The notes under the pieces: model-generated | Database searches by the model: none | What the model saw: only the letters and a program-made list of their open reading frames with translations | Told to the model about the DNA's origin: nothing | Position numbers and translations under genes: made by a program | In this document: piece by piece, positions 62,601 through 64,000 of the stretch | Layout of the letters: every line of letters begins with the position of its first letter | Position numbering within the stretch: position 1 is the stretch's first letter | DNA from: Macrostomum hystrix | Taxonomy: Eukaryota; Animalia; Platyhelminthes | NCBI GenBank assembly: GCA_950097015.1 | Contig: CATNEN010000038.1 | Span: forward strand, 7,626,001-7,690,000 | DNA length: 64,000 nt | Direction: 5' to 3'

Positions 62601-63286
62601 CTGTGACAGCGCGATTATACACTGCCTAACGATAAAGTGGTCAAGTGGGCCTGTGTGTGGTCGAAAAGGATGTGTCAGAGCCAACAGTCCCTGACATCAA
62701 TAAAAAATTATCACAAACTACATTTGGCCTCCCCAATGACCCGCCAGCTGAAAAACTCGGCAGCGAATGTCTTGCGCGAGACCTGGCTGATCTACAAGTA
62801 CACCAAGCTAGTCAAGCGGGTCAACCCGACCAAGGTGCGCTCGCATCAGAGAAAGTTCCTGCAGGCAATTCACAGGTGAGGAACGGGGTTCCAACCTGCG
62901 TTGGGTCTCAGGTACAACCGAATTCTTGAGACTTTAAAGTCTAAATGACGTCATTCATTACTTAATAAAATATTGTCAAAGCTTAGTTTTTTAATCCCAA
63001 AATACGAAAATTTAGTTTGCGAAAAGTAAAGCGAGATCAACGCAAACTGACGGACAATGCTAACACAATCGTTGATTTAGCAAAGGTGAGCATTCTGATT
63101 CTTGAGTCATGAGTGCAAAGTACATAAAGAACTCGTATACTTACTTAAACTTACGTATACTTACTTGCCGATTACCATTTTTAGACTCAATCGGACATTT
63201 TCGGCGCAGTCCAGGCGTTGCATCATGAGCAGGACTGCCTGCGTGAGCGCATGGAGAAAATTGAGGACTACCTGATAGTCATGCAG
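53620..63286 (+). CDS. KCNN: Small-conductance Ca2+-activated K+ channel (SK/KCNN), 3' end beyond the window
   Basis: Exons 53620-55065, 55911-56006, 56912-57330, 57991-58126, 62144-62254, 62748-62875, 63016-63085 and 63185-63286 join in frame. Motifs: [24 protein letters not shown]; S4 [26 protein letters not shown]; pore [13 protein letters not shown]; calmodulin-binding [44 protein letters not shown]. Confidence 0.95.
57355..57470 (+). mobile_element. SINE family 1 partial copy
   Basis: CTCTCGCACCAAGGTCCCTGAGCTCGATTCCGCGGCGAGGCC..GACGATGAGAAAGT. Confidence 0.75.
60660..61285. repeat. 29-32-bp minisatellite (TTAGCAATGTGTCGCTTGAATTAGACGTC)
   Basis: Visible tandem array. Confidence 0.92.
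62280..62562 (+). mobile_element. SINE family 1 copy; a related shorter fragment follows at about 62570-62660
   Basis: GGTTCGATTTC B box, full body, 3' stem GGCTGCGGG..CCCGCAGCC and short TTA tail. Confidence 0.85.
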
Positions 63287-63329
63287 GTGAGTCTAACAAT
63301 GAGCCTTTAAATCCATGATGATCGCCACC

Positions 63330-64000
63330 AAATCCACGGTGTCAGCCCCAAATCCATGGAGTCAGCCCCCCGAAACAATGGTGTCAGCTTCAAATCCATG
63401 GTGTCAGCCCCCCAAATCCATGGTGTCAGCTTCAAATCCATGGTGTCAGCTTCAAATCCATGGTGTCAGCCCCCCAAATCCATGGAGTCAGCCCCCAAAT
63501 CCATGGTGTCAGCCCCCAAATCTATGGAGTCAGCCCCCAAATCCATGGTGTCAGCCCCCAAATCCATGGTGTCAGCCCCCAAATCCATGGAGTCAGCCCC
63601 CAAATCCATGGTGTCAGCCCCCAAATCTATGGAGTCAGCCCCCAAATCCATGGTGTCAGCCCCCAAATCCATGGTGTCAGCCCCCAAATCTATGGAGTCA
63701 GCCCCCAAATCCATGGTGTCAGCCCCCCAAATCCATGGAGTCAGCCCCCAAATCCATGGAGTCAGCCCCCAAATCCATGGTGTCAGCCCCCAAATCTATG
63801 GAGTCAGCCCCCAAATCCATGGTGTCAGCCCCCAAATCCATGGTGTCAGCCCCCAAATCCATGGAGTCAGCCCCCAAATCCATGGTGTCAGCCCCCAAAT
63901 CTATGGAGTCAGCCCCCAAATCCATGGTGTCAGCCCCCAAATCCATGGTGTCAGCCCCCAAATCTATGGAGTCAGCCCCCAAATCCATGGTGTCAGCCCC
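63330..64000. repeat. 21-bp minisatellite (AAATCCATGGWGTCAGCCCCC), runs off the window
   Basis: Visible tandem array. Confidence 0.95.

Noticed and set aside
4016-63988. Repetitive ORFs in the track (e.g. 4016-4825, 7696-8161, 8942-9304, 33115-33581, 36541-37217, 51082-52497, 63466-63988)
   Set aside because: They are translations of stop-free minisatellite frames.

Overview
Eukaryotic (animal) genomic DNA with GT-AG introns, GC-rich exons, AT-rich introns and a very heavy load of locus-specific minisatellites (about 20% of the window by my rough sum). The style resembles the free-living flatworm Macrostomum, but this is an inference. I could reconstruct seven spliced genes frame-consistently: a Phactr (phosphatase and actin regulator) gene with a probable alternative first exon starting MGCIQSK; UBL4A and SRP14 in tandem on the minus strand; a sialin-like SLC17 transporter; two tandem 12-exon FRRS1-like (Reeler-DOMON-cytochrome b561) paralogues; and most of an SK (KCNN) Ca2+-activated K+ channel running off the right edge. 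Mobile DNA includes two tRNA-headed SINE families, two MITEs (one with a clean 8-bp TSD) and a decayed Ty3/Gypsy RT-RNaseH relic. The most notable observations are: (1) a schistosome-type hammerhead ribozyme core in a Phactr intron, with a damaged helix I; (2) a candidate trans-spliced operon joining two ER-targeting genes (SRP14 and UBL4A); (3) near-complete homogenisation of only the haem-binding exon between the otherwise diverged FRRS1 paralogues; (4) minisatellites apparently born from splice-junction sequence.
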